Source: an uncultured Chthonomonadaceae bacterium
GTDB taxonomy: Bacteria > Armatimonadota > Chthonomonadetes > Chthonomonadales > Chthonomonadaceae
Length of the DNA stretch: 64,000 bases
Assembly: GCA_963817895.1 (NCBI GenBank)
Contig: CAWFQB010000002.1
Span: 96,001 to 160,000 of the forward strand
Direction of reading: 5' to 3'
Translations under genes and position numbers: made by a program
Shown here: positions 32,139-40,922 of the stretch, piece by piece
Numbering within the stretch: position 1 is the first letter of the stretch
How the letters are laid out: the number at the start of each line of letters is the position of its first letter
The notes under the pieces: generated by a model
Told to the model about the DNA's origin: nothing
What the model saw: only the letters and a program-made list of their open reading frames with translations
Database searches by the model: none

Positions 32139-32480
32139 TGGGCCCAGCAGGAGTCGAACCTACAACCAACCAGTTATGCGTACCGCTGCGGCTTTCACCG
32201 CCCCTTTCGGGTTTGCAGTCTGGACTCTCTCTTCGCCCGTTTCGGAAAACGGAGCGCCTGCCGTCGAGTCTCTACACCTTCACGTATCCTGACAGGAAAC
32301 GCGCTTGGCTCGGGATTACCCTGCTGCAATTGCAGTGTAGGCTTCCCCGAATTTGACAGGTTACATCTGCCGACTTACGCCGACAGCGGCCCTACTTACG
32401 TTCCCCATGTCCAGACAATGCCTGCCTGAATTTAGACAAACCCGCTTGAGCCGGGCGCTCTGCCATTGAGCTATGGGCCC
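32139..32480 (-). tRNA. tRNA with CAT anticodon, most likely tRNA-Ile2; exons 32480-32449 and 32178-32139
   Basis: Spliced sequence GGGCCCA TA GCTC AATGGCA GAGC G CCCGG CT/CAT AA CTGGT TGGTT GTAGG TTCGACT CCTGC TGGGCCC A; G1-C72 pair, C4/C5, A73, no encoded CCA. Confidence 0.9.
32179..32448 (-). ncRNA. Group I self-splicing intron (IC3-like), 270 nt, no ORF
   Basis: 5' exon ends in U and intron ends in G; P AAATTCGGGGAAG, Q AATCCCGAGC, R GTAGAGACTCGACGG, S AAGAGAGAGTCC; P2 with GTAA loop; P3 CCTGTC/GGCAGG; P9 CCC-GAAA-GGG. Confidence 0.93.
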
Positions 32481-32499
32481 CAATGCTTGCGACACCCAC

Positions 32500-32528
32500 A
32501 GTGTACCTTTGCGAACGCGCCTTGTCAA
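32500..32528 (-). promoter_or_regulatory. Sigma70 promoter of the tRNA gene
   Basis: TTGACA-17 nt-TACACT on the minus strand, ending 19 nt before tRNA G1. Confidence 0.8.
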
Positions 32529-32702
32529 GAACAATCGCCGATTCCGTTTTGCAGGCTGCGTCACTTGACAACTTCGCCAAAGTTGTTTTATACTGGACTC
32601 GCCTCGCAATTATCTTCGCAGTAACCAACTTGTATCCGAAGTGTGCCGCTTCCGGTTTCTTCCCCGTTGAACGGAACCACGTTCCTTCCAGGAGATATGT
32701 TT

Positions 32703-34055
32703 ATGATCGTTTCTCGTTTCATCCATTGTTCCCGCCGCGCGTTGAGCCTGCTGCTTGTTTCCGCCTGCGCCATAACCGCCGCCCACGCCCAAACCCCATC
32801 CCCCTCAACCCTCAACTCTCAACCCTCAACGCCTTTACCAGCCACCAATCGCCAACCACCAACCGCCAACGAACTGCGCGGCATGTGGGTTATTTGCGAC
32901 AGTCTGGAGTCGCCCGCGTCCATTCATCAGGTGATTGTCACGGCGAAAAAGTACGGGCTGAACGCCCTTTTCGTGCAGGTGCGGTCACGGGGCGATGCCT
33001 GGTACAACTCGCCCTACGAACCCCGCGCCGAGGGCTTGAGCCATCAGCCGCGCGAATTCGATCCCCTGACGCAAATGGTGGCGGAGGGGCATAAAGAGGG
33101 GCTTGAAATCCACGCCTGGCTCAACACGTTTATCACATGGAGTAAATCGAAGCGGCCTCGCAGCTCGCAGCATGTGTGGAACGCGCACCCGGACTGGTTC
33201 TCTCACGACTGGCACGGCAGTCTTTCCACCGCCAATACGCAGGACTGCGAAGGCGTGTTTATGCAGCCGAGCAACCCGCAGGTACAGCAGCATCTGTTCA
33301 ACGTGTTTACGGATGTCGCGTCGCGCTATGATGTGGACGGAATTCACTTCGATTATGTGCGCTACCCGAACAGCACGTATGACTTTTCCCCGGTCACCGT
33401 CGCCCGCTTCAATGCGTATATGCAGCCGCAACTCGACGCGCCCCTCACGCAGAAACTCGACGCCCGCCTGAAACATGACCCCAAAGCCTACGTTCATGCG
33501 TTCGGCAAGGAGTGGGAAACATGGCGGCGGGCGCAGGTGACGGGACTGGTCACGCGCATCTCGCAGGCCGTGAAAGCCAATAAGCCCTGGATGCAGGTAT
33601 CCGCAGCCGTATTTCCCGACGGCAAGGACGCTTCCGAAGACCGGGGGCAGGACTGGATGCATTGGCTGCGCGACGGGGTACTGGACTCGGTTTCGCTCAT
33701 GGCTTACAACACAAGCACGGCGCGGATTGTGGAACAGACGAAACGCGCGGTTGCTATCGCGGGCGACCGTAAAGTATACACGGGCATCGGCGCATGGCGC
33801 TTATCCGCCCACAACGTCGCCGCCAAAATCGCCAGAGTGCGGCAGGCGGGCGCGTCCGGCGTGAACCTGTTCTCCTACGACGAGGTTCACAACCGCCGCG
33901 AGTATCTGAGTACCCTGTCGCGCGGCGTGTTCGCAAGCCGTTCCGCCCCCCCGCGCATGGGCTGGCTGCCGAGCCGAAGCGGAAGCGTCAATCGGGAGGG
34001 AGCCAACCCGGAGCAACCCAAAACGGATGCCGCGCAGCCTGATGTAAAACGTTAA
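32703..34055 (+). CDS. Glycoside hydrolase-like 10 (YddW/DigH-like) secreted protein
   Basis: ELRGMWV, NALFVQVRSRGDA, FDPL, IHAW, YDVDGIHFDYVRYP, QDW, MAY. Confidence 0.9.
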   Translation: MIVSRFIHCSRRALSLLLVSACAITAAHAQTPSPSTLNSQPSTPLPATNRQPPTANELRGMWVICDSLESPASIHQVIVTAKKYGLNALFVQVRSRGDAWYNSPYEPRAEGLSHQPREFDPLTQMVAEGHKEGLEIHAWLNTFITWSKSKRPRSSQHVWNAHPDWFSHDWHGSLSTANTQDCEGVFMQPSNPQVQQHLFNVFTDVASRYDVDGIHFDYVRYPNSTYDFSPVTVARFNAYMQPQLDAPLTQKLDARLKHDPKAYVHAFGKEWETWRRAQVTGLVTRISQAVKANKPWMQVSAAVFPDGKDASEDRGQDWMHWLRDGVLDSVSLMAYNTSTARIVEQTKRAVAIAGDRKVYTGIGAWRLSAHNVAAKIARVRQAGASGVNLFSYDEVHNRREYLSTLSRGVFASRSAPPRMGWLPSRSGSVNREGANPEQPKTDAAQPDVKR

Positions 34056-34171
34056 TTGCGCAACGATTGGGGTTTTACAACAAAAAGACAAACTCCCGCG
34101 TTTTCCACAGCCAGCATCGGCAGCGAACGCGGGAGTTTGCCTGTTCAGACACAACGGCCTGTCAAGACTTC

Positions 34172-34621
34172 TTAGTGGTGATCCGTATGGTCGCGATGAT
34201 CGGCATTGTCGCGATGGTCTGTGTTATTGCGATGATTAGCGTTGTCGCGGTGATCTGTGTTGTTGTGCTGACCAGTGTTGTTGCGCTGACCAGTGTTGTC
34301 GTTATGGTTCGTTCTGTTGTTATTCCACTGTCCCGATTGATTGTGCTGATAACCCGAATTGCCACGGGCATATTGGGAATTGCTCGCATTCGCCTGATCC
34401 ACATGCCACGCCCCGGTATGCACAGGAAGGTCTCGACCGCGCGTTGTTATGATCCGCGTTGTTGTATTTCGCCTTGACGTGGTTCGATGGTTACGCGCGT
34501 CGTTGCGGTGGCGGCGAACCCGATCATCGTGCGCGTCGGCGGAAGCGGGCGCGAGAGCCTGTGAAACCAGTACGGCGGCAAAGCCGGCAACTGCCCTCAG
34601 GGGCAGCCATTTGCTGTTCAT
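34172..34621 (-). CDS. Secreted low-complexity protein with His/Asn/Asp hexapeptide repeats
   Basis: GGAG RBS, signal peptide ending ADA, 18-bp tandem repeats encoding NNTGQR/NNTDHR/DNADHR. Confidence 0.7.
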   Translation of the reverse strand: MNSKWLPLRAVAGFAAVLVSQALAPASADAHDDRVRRHRNDARNHRTTSRRNTTTRIITTRGRDLPVHTGAWHVDQANASNSQYARGNSGYQHNQSGQWNNNRTNHNDNTGQRNNTGQHNNTDHRDNANHRNNTDHRDNADHRDHTDHH

Positions 34622-34809
34622 AATTTTTCTCCGATATGAAGGTGCGCTGGAAGCATAATCAGATCGCACAAAAACGATATGACCGCTCATGACACCCATT
34701 GTCTTAAACGCGAACAACGCCGCGTCTGCAAAGGCAAGACGCGGCGCTGCCGCAAGTTGTTCCTGTTTGTTCTGAAATCTATCTCAACAAGTTCCCCTTT
34801 CCCATGAGG

Positions 34810-35397
34810 TCACTTTTTCTTGTCTTCCTTGCCTGCGTCTTTGGGAGCGCCCATGCGGACGGAAGTAATCACGTCGCCAATGGCAAGCTGATCGGCGAGG
34901 TTCGCGCCCTTGATGATTTTGCCGAAGGCGCAGTAGCCGGCGTCCAGATTGTGGTTGGCCTTCAGGTTAATGAAAATCTGGCAGTCGCCGCTGTCGGGCG
35001 ATTGTGAGCGAGCCAGCCCAAGCGTATATTTTTCGTGCAGCATTTTGGCTTCCAGCGGAACCGGATGCCCGGAATCGTGTGAGCCGACGCCATTCGCGTC
35101 GAACTGCGCCGGGGTGAGCTTCTTGCTTTCCGGGTCGCCCCACTGTACCACGAAGTCGTTGACCACGCGGTGAATCTTGATGCCATCGTAGAACTTCTGC
35201 TTGACCAGTTCCACGATATGCGCGACGGTTTTGGGAGCCATATTCGGGTATAGTTCCATGACCATCGTACCCCTTTTGGCAACCACCATTGTAATCTTTG
35301 GGTTGTCGGCGCGGGCCGAAGCCACGCTTGCCAGCGCAAACAGCAGTGTCAGCAGCAGCCATCCGCCGCGCATCCAGTTACGAGTCTCTTGTTTCAA
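34810..35397 (-). CDS. Cyclophilin-type peptidyl-prolyl isomerase, secreted
   Basis: APKTV, FYDGIKIHRV, FVVQWGDP, GLAR, QIFINL, YCAFG. Confidence 0.93.
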   Translation of the reverse strand: MKQETRNWMRGGWLLLTLLFALASVASARADNPKITMVVAKRGTMVMELYPNMAPKTVAHIVELVKQKFYDGIKIHRVVNDFVVQWGDPESKKLTPAQFDANGVGSHDSGHPVPLEAKMLHEKYTLGLARSQSPDSGDCQIFINLKANHNLDAGYCAFGKIIKGANLADQLAIGDVITSVRMGAPKDAGKEDKKK

Positions 35398-35449
35398 TCG
35401 CTTCTCCTTGTAAATTCAGGGTTTCAGGTGTCAGGGCGATCCTGCCTTA

Positions 35450-35608
35450 GAGCCTATCCCAACAGGCGATTGCATTTGCGTCCGAAGGAGGACATAACAT
35501 GTTCTACAGGACATAACAGTTCGTAGGAGGACATAACATGTTATGTCCCTACGCCGCAGGCCACTCAGACGGGTACGTTCTCTGTACGCGACCTATTGGG
35601 ATAGGCTC
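35450..35608. mobile_element. MITE (159 bp) with IS5-family-like ends
   Basis: 17-bp terminal inverted repeat GAGCCTATCCCAAYAGG (1 mismatch); TTA duplicated at 35447-35449 and 35609-35611; internal GTAG...CTAC palindrome. Confidence 0.8.
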
Positions 35609-35656
35609 TTAACAAAGCATTTTCCTGATACCTGAAACCTGACACCTGACATCTAT

Positions 35657-36424
35657 TTATAGCGGTGTGAGGGAGGTAATCACATCTCCCTTTTCGATTT
35701 TGTCTACCACATCCTGCCCCTCCACGACCATGCCGAACACGCAGTATTTGCCGTCAAGAGCGGTGTTGTCATTGAGGTTGAAGTAGAACTGGCTGTCGCC
35801 GCTGTCGAGCGCCTGCGAACGGGCCTGCCCGATGCTGTACTTCTTGTGAAGCAGATGCGCTTCCAGTGGTACAGTCGTTGTGCCGGAACCGTGCGTGCCG
35901 ATTCCTTTGGCGTCAAATTCGTCTACGGCGGCGTTTTTGCTTTCCGGGTCGCCGCCCTGCACCACAAATCCGGCCTCCAGACGATGGAACTTGATGCCGT
36001 CGTAAAAATGTTTGCGGCAAAGATCGAGGAAATGCGCGACTGTTTTGGGAGCCGCTTTCGGGTACAACTCCATCACGATTTTGCCCCGGCCCTGAACCTG
36101 CATCGTCGCTTTTACCGCGCCCTCCTTCGCCTGATCGAAGGTCATAGTCGTGGTGTCCGGCGTTGCTGTGGGTGTCGTCTCATCAACAGAGAGTGTTTTG
36201 GGGGAGGTCTTGTTCGTGGCGGACTTCTTGTTGTCGGCAGGTGGGGTTTTGTGAGTGGCGTTGTACTTGTTCGCCTCTTCGATCTGCTTCTCCTCGTCAA
36301 TTCTGGCCTGTTCCGCGGGCGGAATAGCGCCGTCATTATGGTGTTTGGAAGAGATAAGGCTGGATGCCAGCACCGCAGCCAGTATCAACGCTACAAAACC
36401 CCACATCGGGCTGATGGATCGCAT
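35657..36424 (-). CDS. Cyclophilin-type peptidyl-prolyl isomerase, membrane-anchored
   Basis: N-terminal TM, Thr-rich linker, FYDGIKFHR, QGGDP, SQFYFNL, YCVFG. Confidence 0.93.
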   Translation of the reverse strand: MRSISPMWGFVALILAAVLASSLISSKHHNDGAIPPAEQARIDEEKQIEEANKYNATHKTPPADNKKSATNKTSPKTLSVDETTPTATPDTTTMTFDQAKEGAVKATMQVQGRGKIVMELYPKAAPKTVAHFLDLCRKHFYDGIKFHRLEAGFVVQGGDPESKNAAVDEFDAKGIGTHGSGTTTVPLEAHLLHKKYSIGQARSQALDSGDSQFYFNLNDNTALDGKYCVFGMVVEGQDVVDKIEKGDVITSLTPL

Positions 36425-36666
36425 AAAAATTCTCCTCTGCCCCCTGCTGAAATCGCGCGTCTAAAATCGCAAGGGTATGCAAATATTTAAGTATGGGAAA
36501 TAAATCGCGTGGCAGGGGCAGTCTGTCAGAGCCACTGCGCGTATGCTATAATGATGTTTACCGCGTTCTTCTATGGTTTTTGTTCCCGGCGGCGTGGAAA
36601 GCGCGATTCAGGTGTTTCAAACCTATCTCAAGATACTTTTCAAGAAACTCAAGGATATTCTACCCG

Positions 36667-37437
36667 ATGTTAGCTTCCCGCGTGATTCCCTGTTTGGATG
36701 TAAAGGCCGGGCGTGTCGTCAAAGGCGTGAATTTCGTCAATCTGCGCGACGCGGGCGACCCCGTGGAACTGGCCGCGCGGTACGACGCGATGGGCGCGGA
36801 CGAACTCGTGTTTCTGGACATCACGGCCAGCCATGAGCAGCGCGATGTGATTGTGGACGTGGCGAGGCGGGTGGCCGAACAGGTGTTTATCCCCTTTACG
36901 GTCGGGGGCGGCATCCGAACGGTAGACGATTTTCGCAAAATATTGCGGGCGGGCGCGGACAAGGTAGGCGTCAACAGCGCGGCGGTGAAGAATCCGGAGA
37001 TGTTGACGCAGGCGGCGGAGCAGTTCGGGCGGCAGTGCGTGGTGATTGCCATTGATCCGAAGCGCGTGGGCGAAAAACCGGATGGTTCGCCGCATTGGGA
37101 AGTGTTCATCAACGGGGGACGAACCGCCACCGGGCTTGACGCGCTGGAATGGGCGCAGGAGGCCGAACAGCGGGGCGCGGGCGAAATCCTGCTGACAAGC
37201 ATGGATCGGGACGGAACGCAAATCGGCTATGACCTTGAATTGACGCGGGCAATTGCCGGTATCGTACAGATTCCCGTGATCGCTTCGGGGGGCGCGGGAA
37301 CGCCGCAGCACTGTCTGGAAGCCGTCACAGAAGGCCACGCCGACGCCGCCCTGATCGCGTCCATGGTGCATGACGGCCACTACACCATCGAAAACATCAA
37401 ATCCTACATGCGCGAACACGGCGTTTGCGTCCGATAG
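36667..37437 (+). CDS. hisF: Imidazole glycerol phosphate synthase cyclase subunit
   Basis: [49 protein letters not shown]. Confidence 0.97.
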   Translation: MLASRVIPCLDVKAGRVVKGVNFVNLRDAGDPVELAARYDAMGADELVFLDITASHEQRDVIVDVARRVAEQVFIPFTVGGGIRTVDDFRKILRAGADKVGVNSAAVKNPEMLTQAAEQFGRQCVVIAIDPKRVGEKPDGSPHWEVFINGGRTATGLDALEWAQEAEQRGAGEILLTSMDRDGTQIGYDLELTRAIAGIVQIPVIASGGAGTPQHCLEAVTEGHADAALIASMVHDGHYTIENIKSYMREHGVCVR

Positions 37438-37502
37438 ATAAGGGCTTTATTGTCTGCGCATAGCCACCATCCGCCTGCCTCCACTTCCTCATTTCCAGAA
37501 AT

Positions 37503-37535
37503 AAAGCCGCGCGTTTTATAAAAATGCGCGGCTTT
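37503..37535 (+). terminator. Terminator-like hairpin after hisF
   Basis: AAAGCCGCGC...GCGCGGCTTT stem. Confidence 0.6.
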
Positions 37536-37728
37536 GCTATAACGTTTCCCCACCAAACTGCCGAACATCGGAGTGAGATGCGCGTACCAAAAGTCCGCGA
37601 CACGCTCACCGCATGTTCCGCGAACAACATGCGCCGCCTGTTTCCCGCCGAAACAGGTTCCTCACTCATACAGGCGCCTGTCATGGATTGACGGGCCGAT
37701 TTTCGCCTGAACTCATGGAGGTATTATC

Positions 37729-38490
37729 ATGGGCGAAGCGCCAATGTCACATCTTTGGAAGCAGTACAAGCAGCACAAAGATCAGGATGCGCGCAGTCAG
37801 ATTATCCAGCGGTACGCGCATCTCGTGTCTATTACCGCCGGTCGCCTGTTCGGGCCGATGCCCGGCGGCGTGGAGCGCGATGACCTTGTCGGAGCGGGCG
37901 TTGTCGGCCTTGTCAAAGCCGTTGACCAGTTCGATCCGGGCCGGGGCATCAAGTTTGAAACCTACGCGATCACCCTGATACGCGGCGCGATTCTGGAGAT
38001 GCTGCGCGGCGACGACTGGGTTCCCCGGCTTGTCCGCGATCAGCAAAAGCAGTTGAAGCAGGCGTACATGCGATTGGAAGCCAAACATGGACGCCCCGCC
38101 ACCGAAGAGGAGGTGGCGGAAGAGATGGGCATTACTCCCGAAAAACTCGATAAGATGCTGACCAACAACGGGCGCACCAACCTGTTGTCGCTCGACGACC
38201 TGCGCATGGGCAGCGAACAGCAGCGACTCGTGGATATGATCCCGACCGACGACCTTTCTCCTCTGGAGAGCGTCGCCATGCGCGAAAAGCAGCGCGCCCT
38301 CGCCACTGCCGTAGACAAACTTCCTGATCGCGAACGCACCGTAGTTGCCCTGTACTATCACGAAGGCTTGACCTTCAAGGAGATCGGAACTGTTCTGACC
38401 GTTTCCGAATCCCGCGCCTATCAACTCCACTCGCAGGCTGTGACGCGCCTGCGCGGGTATCTCAACCCCGAAGTAGAACTGTTTCCCTGA
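37729..38490 (+). CDS. fliA: FliA/WhiG-family sigma factor (sigma28)
   Basis: DDLVGAGVVGL, FDPGRGIKFETYA, IRGAILEMLR.DDWVPR, LYYHEGLTFKEIG, VSESR. Confidence 0.92.
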   Translation: MGEAPMSHLWKQYKQHKDQDARSQIIQRYAHLVSITAGRLFGPMPGGVERDDLVGAGVVGLVKAVDQFDPGRGIKFETYAITLIRGAILEMLRGDDWVPRLVRDQQKQLKQAYMRLEAKHGRPATEEEVAEEMGITPEKLDKMLTNNGRTNLLSLDDLRMGSEQQRLVDMIPTDDLSPLESVAMREKQRALATAVDKLPDRERTVVALYYHEGLTFKEIGTVLTVSESRAYQLHSQAVTRLRGYLNPEVELFP

Positions 38491-38776
38491 CCGACAACCG
38501 AGTCGGTGTTCAGGTATTCGGTGTTCGGTATTCGGTATTCGGTTGTTTGGATAACCGGCGCTTATATCCGCAGCCATAATTAAAAACAAAACTCCCGACC
38601 CGCGCGAGGCTGTGCTTACAAGCTCGCGCCGGTGGGGAGTTTTGGCTTTTTTGTCGTTTTATGCAACAGAAGATATTAACAATTATTTCGTTGCTACAAG
38701 CAGGAATATAAAGGTTGAACAGAGAACCTCCGGGTAGCATTTTGAAACTAATGATTACCTGTGGAGGATTACGGTT

Positions 38777-40387
38777 ATGTACGGTCGGATAACTTTTGCG
38801 GCATTGCTGTTGTGCCTGTTTGCGCTTCACGGCTGCGGCGGGAGCGGAAAGGGTATCAGCAAAACCACGCCCGTTAAACTGAGTATTACGTGGGGTGAGC
38901 GCAGCCGCGCCCTCAACGCGCCCTCTTCGGCCCTTTCCGCTGTTGTCACCCTCGCCAACGCCAATGCTACCGGGGGTGATTTTACCTACAGCGTCAACCG
39001 CGACCCCGCGCCGCAAGCCTTTACCGGCAACTACACTTCCACAAACAGCGCGAAAACCGGAGGGGCAAATCTCACCGTACGCTTTTACGCGCAGACGGAA
39101 GGCATCGGGGTGGTTGTCGGCATAGCGCAAGCGAAAATTACCCTTCTACCGGACGGTACGGGCATCGGAAATGTTGCGACGGCGAACAACATCTCCTCCG
39201 TTTCCATACCTGCCGGACAAACGGTACCGGTCGGGCAAACGACTGAACTGACATTCACGGCGCGGGACGCGAAAGCCAACCTTGTCGCGGTAACGCCGGG
39301 TTCCGCCGTTTTTACAGTTAGCAGCGGAAGCGACAAACTTCAAATCGTCAACGGGCAGGCGAAAGGACTGGCAGCCGGCGCGGCTACCGTTCGCGCAACC
39401 CTTGATGGCAACAACAGCGCGGATACGCCTGTCACCGTTAATCGTCTGACGCCGCTCGCTTACGCCATTACGGAACTGCCACCCCTTTCCGGCGATACCA
39501 AATCAATGGCGACAAGCCTCAACACGCAGGGGATGGTTGTCGGCGTGAGTACATCGCAGTCGGGAACTCGGAGCGCGGTAGTGTGGAGGAACGGCAACGT
39601 CAGTCTGCTTGGCGTCTCCTTAACCTCCGAAAACAGCAGTCCTGTTCAGATCAATGAGGCCGGACAGGTAATCGGCACGGTGGGCAATCGCGCTTTCTTC
39701 TGGCAGAACGGCGCAACAACAGACATGGGCACGCTTAACGGAGTCACGATTTACCCGCAGTCCATCAACAACAACGGCGTTGTTGCCGGCTACTCCTCCG
39801 CGTATGGCTCCATTGCCGGGGATCACGGTTTTCTATGGCAAAAGGGAACGCTGACCGATCTGGGACAACACTTCAGACCCCGAGCGATTAACGACGCCGG
39901 TGTCCTTGCGGGAAGCAGTGACATGGCTAAATTCAGTCCTGATACCGCCGCGCAGTCGCAGAATGGAACCGTTGTCAATCTGCCCGGAGAACCCAGCGGC
40001 GTATTTAGCTGGGCGACGACGATTAACAATGCGGGACATATCGCTGGTAGGTCTTACGGCTACTTCGGGGATGGTTTGTTCTGGAAAGACGGTACGGTTA
40101 CTCAACTCCCCTTGAACAAGAGTATAACATCTAACTACTATTACACATGGCCCAACAGTCTCAACGATCTGGATCAGATTGTAGGCGAACAGGGCCGTGA
40201 CACCTCAGACCCTGTGACCAATGCGTTTCTTTACAGCGAGGGCAATCTCATAGACCTTCAGACCCTCCTCCCCGCCAATTCCGGCTGGCAACTTGAGTCT
40301 GCCGCCGGCATCAACAACAACGGCCTGATTGTCGGCGTCGGCCTGCACAACGGCAGCCGCCGCGCGTTCCTGCTGACACCGCAATAA
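38777..40387 (+). CDS. Lipoprotein with an Ig-like domain and HAF extracellular repeats
   Basis: Lipobox LHGC; repeats of INxxGxVVG and (H/R)AFxWxxG.xTDLG; DLQTLLP..SGWQL..A.GINNNG.IVG. Confidence 0.85.
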   Translation: MYGRITFAALLLCLFALHGCGGSGKGISKTTPVKLSITWGERSRALNAPSSALSAVVTLANANATGGDFTYSVNRDPAPQAFTGNYTSTNSAKTGGANLTVRFYAQTEGIGVVVGIAQAKITLLPDGTGIGNVATANNISSVSIPAGQTVPVGQTTELTFTARDAKANLVAVTPGSAVFTVSSGSDKLQIVNGQAKGLAAGAATVRATLDGNNSADTPVTVNRLTPLAYAITELPPLSGDTKSMATSLNTQGMVVGVSTSQSGTRSAVVWRNGNVSLLGVSLTSENSSPVQINEAGQVIGTVGNRAFFWQNGATTDMGTLNGVTIYPQSINNNGVVAGYSSAYGSIAGDHGFLWQKGTLTDLGQHFRPRAINDAGVLAGSSDMAKFSPDTAAQSQNGTVVNLPGEPSGVFSWATTINNAGHIAGRSYGYFGDGLFWKDGTVTQLPLNKSITSNYYYTWPNSLNDLDQIVGEQGRDTSDPVTNAFLYSEGNLIDLQTLLPANSGWQLESAAGINNNGLIVGVGLHNGSRRAFLLTPQ

Positions 40388-40502
40388 CAAAGGATGAGGG
40401 ATGAAGGATGAAGACAATGCCCGTTCGTCTGAAAGTGTTTCCGCAGCGTCAATCTGACAACGCAGGAGCATACAGGTGAGAGTTTTAACCCATTTTCCTG
40501 TA

Positions 40503-40531
40503 TTGACTTGCCATGCGGATCGTGATATACT
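40503..40531 (+). promoter_or_regulatory. Sigma70 promoter of the Doc-type toxin-antitoxin operon
   Basis: TTGACT-17 nt-TATACT, with a TG extension. Confidence 0.7.
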
Positions 40532-40601
40532 GACGTTGTTTAATGTACGGCATGTCATGTAAATACAGGCTGTTTATCATGGAAAATTTGGAAGACGCGA
40601 G

Positions 40602-40922
40602 ATGAAGACAAGACAAAAACCAAAAGGTTTGCAGCGAATTCGCGCTCGTGGCAGGAACAGTGCTGGAACATCCATGCCGCAAATGCTCACGTATACCGTC
40701 TGTAACCCGAAGACGCAGGCTGCTATGCAGGAGACTAAAGTGGTTCTGAGCAACAGCAAAGACGCTATTACAATACTTTTTTCGCCGGAGAATGTTTCCG
40801 AGCGGAGCCTGCTTCCCCCTGCCGCGATGGCGCAAGCAGCCATTGACGCAGAAGCATTAGAAATTGCAAGACGGCGCATGAAGCGACACGCGAAAACATG
40901 GACGGAACTCGCCAATTACTGA
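40602..40922 (+). CDS. Putative antitoxin of the Doc-type toxin
   Basis: Overlaps the toxin start; C-terminal ALEIARRRMKRH..TWTELAN resembles Doc-antitoxin helices. Confidence 0.55.
   Translation: MKTRQKPKGLQRIRARGRNSAGTSMPQMLTYTVCNPKTQAAMQETKVVLSNSKDAITILFSPENVSERSLLPPAAMAQAAIDAEALEIARRRMKRHAKTWTELANY

Noticed and set aside
29990..32140. att-bounded genomic island at the tRNA
   Set aside because: No duplicate of the tRNA 3' end and no integrase found; kept only as an islet hypothesis.
32112..32429. ORFs across the tRNA/intron region, possible homing endonuclease
   Set aside because: Antisense to a structured RNA, short, and without LAGLIDADG, GIY-YIG, HNH or PD-(D/E)XK motifs.
34180..34330. 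Regular 18-bp repeats as a CRISPR array
   Set aside because: No unique spacers, unit length is a multiple of three within an ORF, and there are no cas genes.
35487..35553. AGGACATAACA repeats as a mini-CRISPR or iterons
   Set aside because: Too short and irregularly spaced; explained as the interior of the MITE.
34810..36424. Tandem cyclophilin paralogues as a novel system
   Set aside because: A simple local duplication of a common foldase; nothing else distinctive.
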